Part shown: one piece after another, positions 48,746 to 61,760 of the stretch
Position numbering within the stretch: the first letter of the stretch is position 1
Layout of the letters: each line of letters begins with the position of its first letter
Assembly (NCBI GenBank): GCA_038087875.1
Contig: CM075988.1
Span: forward strand, 23,934,001-23,998,000
Reading direction: 5' to 3'
DNA length: 64,000 nucleotides
From: Malacoraja senta
Lineage: Eukaryota
Translations under genes and position numbers: made by a program
The notes under the pieces: generated by a model
What the model was told of the DNA's origin: nothing
Seen by the model: only the letters and a program-made list of their open reading frames with translations
Database searches by the model: none

Positions 48746-49689
48746 CAGCCTTTCTCCCCGACATGCTTCATCTCCCCGATTCATCTGTGTAATTATTTCC
48801 CCGTCTCCTTCCGTGCGTCGATATCCTCTCTGATTTGGAGACCAACAATTTGTCTAGCTACGTGCGTGCAGCCATTCACCGTGTGGAGAGTCCAGGCTTG
48901 TCCCCTGAGATTTGACGATGTTTTGGCGTCGACAGAGCCATAAAACTAAAACTACTGTAATGTCTTTGACACTGAATCACCGGTCGGCCGTTAAACGAGT
49001 TCTAAAGCCTTCTTTTATATTTTGTCTATAACATCCCTAGCTGTGCACTGCATGGGTGACTTGTTCTCAGCTGAGAGCTGCCTCTGTCGAGTGTAGCAAG
49101 GGATGATTAATCACGGCACAATAAAGGCCAAAGACATTTCTAGTCAAAGATCTCATGCTGTGTGGCGGAGTCTGGAATAATATTGGTTATCCTGGTAAGC
49201 TACATCCAGTCATCATGAAGCTACTCACAATATTCAGATTCACTTGGTCTTCATCCCCACTGTGTGCAGTCCAGTTGAAGTGTTTCCGCGCTGTGAAGGC
49301 AACTGTTTGGTCAAATTAATAACTCCATTAATTGAATGTAAAATGAAGAATTTTGCTTTAATGTCTTTTAATCATCACTTCATCACTCAAAGTCACACTG
49401 CTGAAATACATGCCTCAAATTATCAACGCTTATGACGGTCCTTCAACACGGTATGAACCGGAGGTTCGTTAGCCAAGGTTAATTAGACCAGTTACTGCAA
49501 ACAAATGAGAGTGTGCAGATATGGTGGGACTCAGATTAGACTTTATTTGACTTAGTCATAAAAATACATCAAACATGAGATCAGAGAATAGAAGCAACAG
49601 GAGCTCTTTATAAATAGAGCATCGCTTCAGTGTAGATCTACAGACCAATCTGTATAGTATTCTCAGGAAATAACAGTGATGATAAACTT

Positions 49690-49760
49690 ACACACTCACT
49701 CTCACTCTCACACTCACTCTCACACACTCACTCTCACACACTCACTCTCACTCTCACACA

Positions 49761-49792
<32 letters not shown>

Positions 49793-50312
49793 CTCTCACA
49801 CTCTCACTCTCACACACTCACTCTCACACACTCACTCTCACACTCACTCTCACACACTCACTCGCACACTCTCACTCTCACACACCCACTCTCACACACT
49901 CACTCTCACTCTCACACTCACTCTCACTCTCACACATTCACTCTCACACTCTCACACTCACTCTCACACACTCACTCTCACACATTCACTCTCACACTCT
50001 CACTCTCACACACTCACTCTCACTCACGCTCACTCTCACTCTCACTCTCACTCTCACACACTCACTCTCACTCTCACTGTCACACTCTCACTCTCACTCT
50101 CACACACTCACTCTCACACACTCACTCTTACACACTCACTCTCACACACTCACTCTCACACACTCACTCTTACACACTCACTCACACACTCACTCTCACT
50201 CTCACACTCTCACTCTCACTCACACTCACACTCTCACTCACACACTCACTCTCACGCTCACACACTCAATCTCACTCTCACACTCACACTCACACTCACA
50301 CTCACTCTCACT
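49690..50312. repeat. Complex (CA/CT) microsatellite (CACTCT/CACA units)
   Basis: Low-complexity tandem sequence. Confidence 0.97.
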
Positions 50313-51549
50313 CCAGAGATGTTGCCTGACTCGCTGAGTTCCTGCAGCTTTTTATGTCCATCTTCGTAAACCAACGTGCAGTTATTTCCTACATCATTTG
50401 TCGAGAGCTCAGTAACTGTCGGCAGGCTGTTCCACGAACGCGTCGTGGTGGCACAACCCTGTCCTTCATTCCCAGAGGTGGGGGAAGTCAAGTCTTAGAT
50501 AATCTTCAGGTGACACCAGGAGTTTCAGACTAAATGATACACATACACCATCTTGCATTCCCACTTTGATAGAGGGATTCACACACCATTTTAGAATTGT
50601 GTTTGGATCCTTGACATTATAGCTCTTTGTTGATTTTTAGTATATGTGACATTAGGAATTGCTAGGTGTGGGACATCCTTCAGGAGTTTAGTTTAGACCG
50701 AAGATAGACACAAAAAAGCTGGAGTAACTCAGTGGGACAGGCAGCGTCTCTGGAGAAAAAGGAATAGGTGACGTTTCAGGTCGAAACCCTTCTTCAGACT
50801 GGGAGTCAGGGGAAAGGGAAACAAGAGATATAGACGATGATGTAGAGAGATATAGAACAAATGAATGAAGGAAATGCAAAAAAGTGACGATGATAAAGGA
50901 AACGGGCCACTGTTAGTTGTTTAGTTTTGTTTATTGTTGACTTGTGGTGATAATAGGCAATACATACCCACTGAGTTACTTCAGCTTTTTGTGTCTATCA
51001 GTCTAAACCAAACTCCTGAAAGATGTCCCTGACTAGTCTGAAGAAGGGTCTCGACCCGAAACATCACCCATTCCTTCTCTTCAGAGATGTCTGTCCCATT
51101 GAGTTATTCCAGCATTTTGTGTCTATTCTCACACAAACAAGAACCAGTCTTCAATTCAGGACAGAGGATGAATGCACACCATTAACTGCAGAAAGAGGCA
51201 TCTCAGTTCAAGGCTAAATGAAGATAGTTGTGGGTGACTGGACTCCCAACAGAGGTGGCTTGAATATTCAGCAGCGTCTTGCCTGCCTGAGATGTGCTCT
51301 CATTGCAAATATGTAATTCCACTTGTCTACACTCAAAATGTTGAAGTAAAATATGCGTGGAACTACAGAACATGCATTAATCACCTACTGTTAACACTCA
51401 CAGTGTTGGAAGTAAATTATGTAATTGGAACTATTGAAACTGCATTTAATCACCTACTGTTATTTTGTGTTCAGAGTACTAAACTTCAACATAGCCTGAG
51501 TTTGGACAGATGCTTCATAGATTCCACCATGAATGCTTTTGCTAAATAA

Positions 51550-51870
51550 AGTCTTTTACCCAGAGTAGGGGAATCGAGGACCAGAGGACATAGGTTCAAG
51601 GTGAAGGGGAAAAGATTTAACAGGAATCCGTGGGGTAACTTTTTCACACAGAGGGTGGTGGGTGTATGGAACAAGTGGCCAGAGGAGGTGGTTGAGGCTG
51701 GGATTATCCCATTTTTTTAGAAACAGTTGGACAGGTACCTGGATAGGACAGGTTTGGAGGGTTATGGACCAAGCGCAGGCAAGTGGGACTAGTGTAGCTG
51801 GGACATTGTTGGCCGGTGTGGGCGAGTTGGGCCGAAGGGCCTGTTTCCACACTGTATGACTCTATGATAT
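51550..51870 (+). mobile_element. HER1-like LINE 3' end sharing its tail with the HE1-like SINEs
   Basis: Ends gggccgaagggcctgtttccacactgtatgactctatga, the same 3' sequence as the SINEs. Confidence 0.75.
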
Positions 51871-52099
51871 CTGCAGCTCCGGTCTCCATTTGGATCATGC
51901 ATATAACACTGTGACTGGACTTACCCTGACTTCTGCCTCCGCTTCAATGACCAGTCCTATCATTCACTTCTGCAATAAGTTGGCACAGTGGCGCAATGGG
52001 CAGCATGGTGGCGCAGCGGTGGAGTTGCTGCCTTACAGCGCCAGAGACCCGGGTTCTGTCAGGCCAATCTAACCCTGTACTGTCAGCAGGGAAGCTCAC

Positions 52100-52590
52100 G
52101 TTCACAAGTTATAGCAGTAGAATTAGGCCATTCGGCCCATCGAGTCTACTCCGCCATTCAATCATGGCTGATCTCTGCCTCCCGATCCCATTTTCCTGCC
52201 TTCTCCCCATAACCCTTGACACCCGTTCTAATCAAGAATTTGTCTATCTCTGCCTTAAAAATATCCACTGACCTGGTTCCATAGCCCCCTGTGGCAATGA
52301 GTTCCACAGATTAACCACCCTCTGACTAAAGAAGTTCTTCCGAACCTCCTTTCCAAAAGAGCGCCCTTTAATTCTGAGGCTGTGACCTCTGGTCCTAGAC
52401 TCCCCCACCAGTGGAAACATCCTTTCCACATCCACTCTATCTATGCCTCTCATTATTCTGTAAGTTTCAATGAGGTCCCCCCTCAACCTTCTAAACTCCT
52501 GTGAGTACAGGCCCAGTGAGTACAGGCTCATATGCTAACCTGCTAATTCCTGGATTCATTCTTGTAAACCTCCTCTGGACCCTCTCCAGA
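52100..52590 (-). mobile_element. CR1 3' fragment
   Basis: ORF 52244..52531 CR1 C-terminus. Confidence 0.85.
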
Positions 52591-52763
52591 AACAGCCAAG
52601 CTGTTGGGGGCATGGGCTTAGTTTAAGGGTGAGTGCAGGAAAGTGGGTAGAAGTTCCACCATGATCTTGTTTGAGGAACTGAACAGTCTACTTCTGTGTC
52701 AAATGACATTTTGTTTGCAGCCAGGAGAGAAAGTGGAAAGAGAGAATAACTCAGGCTGTTGTA

Positions 52764-53097
52764 TGGGTCTCTAATGTCCCACTTACGCGATTTTTTTCGG
52801 CGACTTGCCGGCACCCGTCATAATCGCAGCAGGTCGCCGATAAATGTTCAACATGTTGAAAATCCATCGGCGACCAGAACAAGGTACGACTCTTTGGGCG
52901 ACTACTCACGACCATACAGGCTTCAGCCGGGGTGTCACCTGTATGGTCGTGAGTCGTCTCCTAGACGCCTAAAGAGTCGTAGCGTCTTTCTGGTCACCGC
53001 TGAAAATGTCAACATGTTGAAAAATTTCGGCGACCTGCAATGACCTATGACGGGTGGCGGCAGTCGCCGAGGAAGTCGCGTAAGTGGGACAGGCCCA
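52764..53097. mobile_element. PIF/Harbinger-type MITE (CACTTACGCGA family)
   Basis: tgtcccacttacgcga ... tcgcgtaagtgggacaggccca followed by TAA. Confidence 0.8.
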
Positions 53098-53642
53098 TAA
53101 CTCTCCCACCAAAAACCCTGGGTCTCTAACTCTCCTCCCTCCCAACCCTCCTCTCACCCACGCAGTGGTCGACCATGGGTTAAACTTGGGATCTTCTGCC
53201 ACTCCATTCAGTGTCTGTCTGGATACATCTATCGAGCTTGTGTACTTGTAAAAAGATATATTATAATATAGTTGCCACTGACTCGAATTCAATCTTTAAA
53301 TCTCCTTTTGATTCACTCGCAGAAAATAGCTGTTGAAGAAAAACCACTTTCAATGAAAAGGGGAGCTGCCACAGTTATTTGAAAGCTGATACAAGCGCTC
53401 TTTGATCCCAGAGGTGAAACAACATTGTAGACTGAGCCGCCCCCACACTCACGCAGCTTGGTTGGCGGCTCATGGGAACAGGAAGCTTAGCATAACAATG
53501 AGGCTCTAATTTAGCTGGTGATAAATGTAGCGTTGCCCAATAATTGACTCCAGTGCCTTGTCTTTTCCCCTTGTTAAACACCTCATGTTGGGAAGATGGA
53601 CAAAAAAAGCTGGAGTAACTCATCGGGTCAGACAGCATGTTC

Positions 53643-54115
53643 TTTAAGAAGGAACTGCAGATGCTGGAAAATTGAAGGTAGACAAAAGTGCTGTAGAAAC
53701 TCAGCGGGTGCAGCAGCATCTATGGAGCGAAGGAAATAGGCAACGTTTCGGGTCGAAACCCTTCTTCAGACTGATGTAGGATGGAGGGGGGGGGGGAGAC
53801 GAAAGGAAAAAGGAAGAGGAGGAGCCCGAGGGCTGAGGGAGAGCTGAGAAGGGGAGGAGACAGCAAGGGCTACCGGAAATTGGAGAATTCAATGTTTATG
53901 CTGCTAGGGTGCAGACTGCCCAAGCGGAATATGAGGTGCTGCTCCTCCAATTTCCGGTGGTGCTCACTCTGGCAATGGAGGAGGCCCAGGACAGAAAGGT
54001 CTGATTCAGAATGGGAGGGGGAGTTGAAGTGCTGAGCCACTGGGAGATCAGGTTGGTTAATGCGGACCGAGCGGAGGTGTTCGGCGAAACGATCGCCAAG
54101 CCTATGCTTGGTCAT
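53643..54115 (-). mobile_element. Penelope-like element 3' end: GIY-YIG C-terminus, 3' UTR, hammerhead motif and tail
   Basis: ORF 53870..54115 TKHRLGDRFAEHLRSVR...PVAQHFNSPSHS...KLEEQHLIFRLGSLHPSSINIEF. Hammerhead core at 53741-53771 on the same strand. Confidence 0.85.
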
Positions 54116-54325
54116 CTCTGGGGAAAAGGAATAGGTGACGTTTCAGACTGAAGAAGGGCCTCGACCCGCATCTCTCCAGAGATGCTGCCTGACCCGCTGA
54201 GTTACCCCAGCTTTTTGTATCTAACTTTGGTTTAAACCAGCATCTGCAGTTCCTTCCTACACACCTCGTGTTGGGAACTGGAGCGAAAGGAGAGAACAAG
54301 AATCGCTCGAAGGTTTGCTGAAACA

Positions 54326-54465
54326 ATCACCTTCTATATCTCTCTTTTCCCTCTCCCCTGACTCTCAGTCTGAAGAAGGGTCTCGACCCGAAACGTCACC
54401 CATTCCTTCTCTCCAGAGATGCTGCCTGTCCCGCTGAGTTACTCCAGAATTTTGTGTCTATCTTC
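54326..54465 (+). mobile_element. Short PLE-derived element with intact hammerhead motif, 12-bp TSD
   Basis: TTTGCTGAAACA at 54314-54325 and 54466-54477. Confidence 0.75.
54368..54399 (+). ncRNA. Putative minimal type I hammerhead ribozyme
   Basis: GT CTGAAGA A GGGT CTCG ACCC GAAA CG TC AC. Confidence 0.65.
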
Positions 54466-54654
54466 TTTGCTGAAACATGAATATGGCTAACTAATAATAC
54501 ATGACATTTTTTAATAAATGTTACATGGAAACGTGTCATTAATTTTAATAAATTTTATTTCACAAGAGCCACTCTCAATAAATAAATAAATACAGATTCT
54601 ACAACAGTCCCTTCTCTATCTTGCTTCAATTTGGGTGAAGTGGAACCAACCTTG

Positions 54655-54950
54655 GCTGCAGCGGTAGAGTTGCTGCCTCACAGCATCAGAGACCCGGGTT
54701 CGATCCTGACTACGGGTGCTGTCTGTACGGAGTTTGTACGTTCTCCCCTTGACCTGCGTGGGCTTTCTCCGAGATCTTCTGTTTTATCCCACACTCCAAA
54801 GACGTGCAGGTTTGTAGGTTAATTTGCTTGGTGTAAATGCAAATTGTCCCATGTGTGTGTAGGATAGTGTTAATGTGCGGGGATCGCTGGTCGGGGCAGC
54901 CTCGGTGGGCCGAAGGGCCTGTTTCCACGCTGTATCTCTAAACTAAACTA
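54655..54950 (+). mobile_element. HE1-like SINE
   Basis: Head with B-box gggttcgatcct, body and (TAAAC)n tail. Confidence 0.85.
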
Positions 54951-55113
54951 ACAAATCAACCAAGCCAGTGATTTTCTAAATATTCCGATCAATGCAACCC
55001 GGTACCCATTGGATCCAACTTCCTGCTATATTTTAGTTGGGCCGAATGGCCGTTTGTACTTTATAAATAAATAACTTGCGTACCATTGAACCTGTGGGCC
55101 CTTTTCCACCTAA

Positions 55114-55423
55114 AACCCCTGTTCCACGGTACGAGTTCATTCCAAGAGCTCTCCCGAGTTTGCCCTGATTCGAACTCGGTGATTTACGGTAATGGCCGCT
55201 CGTCGGTACTCGGGACTCTCGTGGACATTTTTCAACATGTTGAAAGATCTTCACGAGTCTTCCCGTGCTTACCTGCCGTTAGCGAGTCTTCCCGAGTACC
55301 TGCCGTTAGCGTTACGAGCCGCTAAGAGACGTCGCCGAGCTCCGACATACATTCTCTGTGCTTACCACAAGTTTGATTTTTTTTTAAACTCGGGGGAGCT
55401 CTTGGAATGAACTCGTACCGTGG
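55114..55423. mobile_element. PIF/Harbinger-type MITE (right TIR clipped)
   Basis: Reverse orientation of the 34358 family. Confidence 0.8.
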
Positions 55424-56262
55424 AGGCATCTAAAATCATTGGGTTTTATAGGTTGAATCATGTGAATACATGGTACTTCTTAATACTTGAATACAATACT
55501 TATTAGTCTTTTACCTAGGGTAGGGTTCTCAAGAACCAGAGGACATAGGTTTAAGGTGAGAGGGGAAAGATTGAATAGGAGTCTAGGAAGTAACTTTTTA
55601 CTCAGAGGCTGATGGAGGAGGTAGTTGAGGCAGGTGCTATAACATTATGTAAAATACATTTGGTGAAGTGCATGGATCGGAAATGTTCAACGGGATATGG
55701 GTCAAATGTGGGTAAATGGACTAAGTTGGTAAGCATGGATGAGCCGGGCCGAATGGCCTGTTTCTGTGTTATCTGACTCTATAACAGTTAGACCCCAATG
55801 GGTTTTGTACCTGAGCACCACAATGGGCAGGATGATGCTTTGTCTTGCCCGTTACCTGGACTCAATAACCATGCGCCCACAACGCTGCTGTTGGCTTTAC
55901 TCAGAGGTGGAGGAGCAACTAAACCAACCCTATACCTGGGAACCTGGTAGATGTAAGGTGGTGTCGTGCTGAGGCTTTCCCTCTGGATCGTGCTGATGGC
56001 CTTTGTCGGATCACAACTGAGGTGGAACCTCAGGTTTATGATCAGTACGGGTGTCAGGGGTTATGGTGAGAAGGCAGGAGAATGGGGAGAGATAGATCAG
56101 CCATGATTGAATGGCGTAATAGGTTTGATGGGCCGAAGGAGTCTGTGGAATTCTCTGCCTCAGAGGGCGGTGGAGGCAGGTTCTCTGGATGCTTTCAAGA
56201 GAGAGCTAGATAGGGCTCTTACAAAAAAGTGGAGTCAGGGGATATGGGGAGAAGGCAGGAAC

Positions 56263-56462
56263 NNNNNNNNNNNNNNNNNNNNNNNNNNNNNNNNNNNNNN
56301 NNNNNNNNNNNNNNNNNNNNNNNNNNNNNNNNNNNNNNNNNNNNNNNNNNNNNNNNNNNNNNNNNNNNNNNNNNNNNNNNNNNNNNNNNNNNNNNNNNNN
56401 NNNNNNNNNNNNNNNNNNNNNNNNNNNNNNNNNNNNNNNNNNNNNNNNNNNNNNNNNNNNNN
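56263..56462. other. Assembly gap (200 N)
   Basis: Run of exactly 200 N. Confidence 1.
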
Positions 56463-56751
56463 AGCCAGGGCTTTGTCTAAGGCTCCCAGTGAAACTCAGA
56501 GACAGCCCCATGGCAAGTTGGGCTAGGAGACATGAACTCTAGTGACCCACTTGGGGACATCAGAGTGTGGTGCTGTGAGCCTGAGGTTTCAATCCCGTGC
56601 ACAGTAGTTACGTTATTGCTGGGTGTCGTGGTGCTGGGTGTAGATGCACAGTGTGTTCCTCAGTGCTAGTCCAACCGGCCAGTGGCTTAGTCACCTGGGC
56701 CGGTTGTGGCAAGGTTCTCCCTTTGTGAGGACTCGAGGAGATGGGGTGTAG

Positions 56752-56835
56752 ACACACACGCTCACACACACACACACACACACGCTCACACACACACTCA
56801 TACACACACGCTCACACACACACACGCACACACAC

Positions 56836-56872
<37 letters not shown>

Positions 56873-57120
56873 CACACACACACACTCATACACACACACA
56901 CGCACACACACACGCTCACACACACTCATACACACACACACACGCACACACACGCGCTCACACACACACTCATACACACACACGCACGCACACACACACT
57001 CATACACACACACACACACACACACACTCATACACACACACGCACACACACACACGCACACACACACACGCACGCACACGCACACACACGCACTCATACA
57101 CACACGCTCACACACACACT

Positions 57121-57174
<54 letters not shown>

Positions 57175-57185
57175 CACACACACAC
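56752..57185. repeat. Imperfect (CA)n microsatellite
   Basis: Low-complexity tandem sequence. Confidence 0.97.
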
Positions 57186-59304
57186 CATGTCCCCTTCCTC
57201 TGTGTGTTCCCTCACCTCCACCCCACCCGTTTATGCTGCTTTCACATAGTGTCCCATAACTGTCAGTAACAAGGCTGCAGTTATACTGTGCTATGTATGA
57301 ATGTGAGTGCACCTTTAAGATCGGTAGACACCATGTGGCATTTCAGGACATTTTATTGAACCAGCCACTGCTGTTAATTGAGCCTTGATTGTCTTCATTA
57401 AGGGATGTATAGTTGGCAGATCAATCGGTAATACCAATCGCAATGATCGCCAATACTAAAGAGCCAGTGCACCCTATACAAGCAAAACATGTGGGATCTT
57501 GCTTCTTGAGGGATTTCCAGAGCAGCAATGAAGTGTGGGATAATGGAGAATCAAAAACTGTCGGAGTTCAAAATCTGTAATAAAAACCGGGAAGGGTGGA
57601 AGTATTGAACAAGTCAGGCAGCATCTGCGGTAAGGGAAACGGGTAACGTTTCAGTTCAAAGTTCACAAGTTATAGGAGCAGAATTAGGCCATTCGGCCCA
57701 TCAAGACTACTCCACCATTCTATCATGGCTGATCTATCTCTCCCTCTCAACCCCGTTCTCCTGCCTTCTCCCCATAACGCCTGACACCACGAAGGGACTT
57801 TGACTGAAAGACGTCAACTCTGTTCCTCTGTCCACAGATGCCGCATGGCTTGCTGAGTAGTCCCAGACCTTTTTTGATGAGAGGTGCTAGATAATGGGGT
57901 TCACCGGGAAGTGGAGTGATGCTGGTAAGAATTGGACACGGTGACTATCTCGGCACATTTGAGAAAGTTGAGGTCTGGGTGTGGACCAGGTGGCAAATAA
58001 CATTCTCAAGGCTTTAGGGGGGGGGGGGACACAGACAGATCGGGGAAGCCATACACTTAAATAGAAGGGGACCTTCTTACTGCCAGTAGAACCCAAGGCA
58101 GATGAGATGTTGGTGAGTTTGGAATCACACAGCAAGTTATGAATGAGATATTTGCAACAAGGAAAAGCAAGCACTATAGGGTGGAGAGTCGGATTCTTTT
58201 TCCTATTTCAGTGGTATCAAAAACAAGGCATAGTTTTAAGCTGAGAGGAAGGAGTATTAAAGGAAAGTCTTTTACACAGAGCATGTGGGACTCACTGCCA
58301 GAGGAGGTGGCAGAGTCAGATACCATCACTACATTTAAGAGACATTTAGACAGGCACTTAAACAGGCAAGGCATAGAAGGATACGGACCAGACAGGGGTG
58401 AATGGGGTTGGTGCTGATGGGCAAACATGGATGTGGTGGGCCAGCTTAGTGCTGTCCAACTTTTACGGCTCCATGGCACAGAGGGAGACATTTGCAAGAT
58501 GCAGGTTTGGCGTGTGAAGCTGGTGACAAGAGGAAATGGTTGGTGAAGACCATCAGATTAAAGACCAGGGCTAAACTGTGAGGTTTACTTCTCATTTTAG
58601 AACGGGTGCAGTGGGACTGTGTTGTGAGCGGGCTGGCACGTAAAAGACAGGTTGGCCATGCTCGATCGATGTTCAAATGACCATGCAGGATACTGGCACG
58701 AAGGAAGTGTCATTGAAATGGAAACTGAACTGATGCCCAGAGAAATAGGCATGGTGGCATGGAGTTCTTCTCAGCACCACTGGCCCACTCAGTATGGACG
58801 CCACAAAATGCAGCTAGGTCGCGGGTCACAAAGAACTGCAGATACTGGAATCTTGAGCAAAGCACAAAGTGCTGGAGTAACTCAGCGGGTCAGGCAGCAC
58901 CTGTGGAGGGAAAGGGCAGACAACGTTTCGGATCGAGACCCTTCTACAGACTGATAGCCGAAAGATCATATGGGTTGCCAAGAGTGGAAGCCCTATAATA
59001 AATATTACAAGACGATTGGAATGTCCATTCAAGATAGTCTGGTGCTAGAAATGCATCAGGTCTGGGTGCAGAGTATGGGGGCACAATACCCTGGTGAAAG
59101 GAACAGGAACAGGCAGATAGGATGGTAGGCCTTGCTTGTCTTAGACTCAAGAGGCAAAAATGGGAGCGCCATTTACTTTGGAAATGGACAATGGAAATGG
59201 GTTGAAAACGTTGAACAGAACGTATTGCACATCTGAAGATGAAAATAATAGAAATAAACTCAAAATAATCTTATTCATTGAGAAGTCCATTATAAGCATT
59301 GGAT

Positions 59305-59590
59305 GGCACAGTGTCACAGCGGTAGAGTTGCTGCCTCACAGCGCCAGAGACCCGAGTTTGATCCCGACTACGGGTGCTGTCTGTACGAGGTTTGTACGTT
59401 CTCCCCGTGACCTGCGTGGGTTTTCTCCGGGTGCTCCGGTTTCCCCCACACTCCAAAGAAGTAATGGTTTGTGGGTTAATTGGCTTCGGTAAACTGGAAA
59501 TTGTCCCCAGTGTGTGTAGGATAGTACTAGTGTACGGGGTGGCCGCTGGGCCGAAGGGCCTGTTTCTAGACTATATCCCTAAAGTTAAAA
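59305..59590 (+). mobile_element. HE1-like SINE
   Basis: Head, body and tail motifs. Confidence 0.8.
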
Positions 59591-60775
59591 GTGGGTTGAT
59601 AATCTCAACAAAGAATACACCACTGCGGACTGGAAGAGCGTTTTCAAGTCCCAGTGTTAAGTGATTGGGAGTCCACCAGCAAATAGCTGCATACACATGT
59701 ATTTCAACGAGAAGCAAATATTATATTACAGTGGCAATGAGATACTTGGACTGAAGGTGTCTGGTATTTTAAGTCTCTGGAGAAACCATCACAAGATGGA
59801 AAAATGGTCTTGCAGAGCTAAGCACTGAGTGATCCCAAAACAAGGACCCTGGTGAGCTATCCCAGAGTGACAGCTGACAGGACGACAATCGGATAGTGTG
59901 GTATTGGTAAGAGGTGTGGGAGTCGTACGGTCTCACTATCAAGGGGAGTGGAGGAACATTTTAAAATCTGTTCACACAACCAGTTCATTGGCGTGTTGGC
60001 ACGGTGGCTGTGCCATTGTGTGGGTCCATGGAAAAGGTGTGGTGTGTGGTGGGAACTCTGTATGGGAACCTGTAGCAACCTCACACACACATATATTTCA
60101 AGACTGGTCCGAAGGAGGCTTCTCGCCTATTCCTTCGCTCCATAGATGCTGCCTCACCCGCTGAGTTTCTCCAGCTTTTTGTCTACCTTCAATTTTTCCA
60201 GCATCTGCAGTTCTTCCTTAAACATATATATATATATATATTTATGTGTGAGTATGTTCAAGTTCAAGTGAGTTTATTGTCATGTGTCCCTGATAGGACA
60301 ATGAAATTCTTGCTTTGCTTCAGCACAACAGAATATAGTAGGCATTGACTACAAAACAGATCAGTGTGTCCATATACCATTATATAAATATATACACACA
60401 TGAATAAATAAACTGATAAAGTGCAAATAACAGATAATGGGCTATTAATGTTCATAGTTCATAATGTACATATGTGTACATATCCCCACACGGAACTTTT
60501 TTCTCGTTGATAATGTTGTTTCCGGTGTACTATGTTTACATATTCTGTGGTGCTGCTGCAAGGATGTCATTGTTCTATCTGGGACATATTCGGTTTGTGG
60601 GAATTTACAGGACCTGGGATGCTACTATTGGGATGTTCAGTTTAACATGGTGTTTGTAGTGGAGAGAATGAGGAATATGAACAGATTTATGTGCAGGAAG
60701 GAACGGCAGATGCTGGTTTAAACCGAAGATAGACACAAAATGCTGGAGTAACTCAGCGGGACAGGGGGCATCTAA

Positions 60776-61295
60776 AGGGCCTGTCCCACTTTCACGAGGT
60801 AATTCACGAATTCTCCCGAGTTTTTCCCCTGATTCAAACTCGCAGAATGTTCGTAACGAGTCTGTAGGAGTTGGTAGATATATCGTAGCGGCTCGTTATG
60901 CCAGCCGTAGGTACTCGTGACATCAGGTAAGTCGGGATGGGTTTTTTCCAGCCCGATAAAAAATGTCCACGAGTAAAAAAAGTCGGGATGAAAAAAATGG
61001 CAACTTTTTACTCGTAGTTAGTTCGTGGGCAGACGGTAGTTGGCCGTGAGGGTGGTCGTAGATATTCGTGGGTACTCGTAGATATTCGTGGGTACTCGTA
61101 GCTCGGCAACTGGACAGAGGAAAAAATGGTGAGTGGAAAAAAAAGCTTAAGTCAACATCAGCACGTGACCTCTGTCACTCCAGTTCGTGGAAGGCCGTAG
61201 GATCCGTAGATTACCAAAATCTTGATTATTTTTTTTTAGGTCCTTTAAACTCGGCAGAGGTTTTTGGATTAAGTCGTGAAAGTGGGACAGGCCCT
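60776..61295. mobile_element. PIF/Harbinger-type MITE (520 bp), TAA TSD, inserted in a PLE-derived repeat
   Basis: AGGGCCTGTCCCACTTTCACGA ... TCGTGAAAGTGGGACAGGCCCT, with TAA at 60773-60775 and 61296-61298. Confidence 0.88.
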
Positions 61296-61760
61296 TAAGG
61301 AGAGAAGGAATGGGTGACGTTTTGGGTCGAGACCCTTCTTGAGACGGATGTCGAGGGAGATACAAGGAATGCATTGCACTGTGGAGGCAATTTCAAGTGC
61401 TCCAAAGATATCTTGAAGTATGCGGTATGAACGTTGATTTCTCTCATTTCAAATAACTCCTGCATTCCCTCCCTCCCCTCCTCTCTCCCAACCCTCCTCC
61501 CCCCCCCATCCTGCTCGTCCTACCAGTTCCATTGTTTGTATCCCTGTGAGGTGTTGAAAGAGGACAAAGGGCATGTACATCAAGGGAAATGTAGAATAGA
61601 TCATTGTTGGCAGGGAGATAGCAGCCACAACAAAGCAAGCAATACATTCATGTTTGTCACATGTGTGAACGTGTGGATGTCCCTGGGGAATTCAATAATA
61701 TATTGTATCATTTCACAAATGGAAAGTCTTGCATGCTGGCATAACACAGGGAGACAGTCC

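Noticed and set aside
49676..50329. His/Ser/Thr-rich 217-aa ORF
   Set aside because: Translation of a CA/CT microsatellite.
51370..51465. Direct repeat tgcat(t)taatcacctactgtta, two copies
   Set aside because: Only two ~24-bp copies with no further structure; probably a small local duplication.
56608..57312. His/Thr- and Cys/Val-rich ORFs
   Set aside because: Translation of a (CA)n microsatellite.
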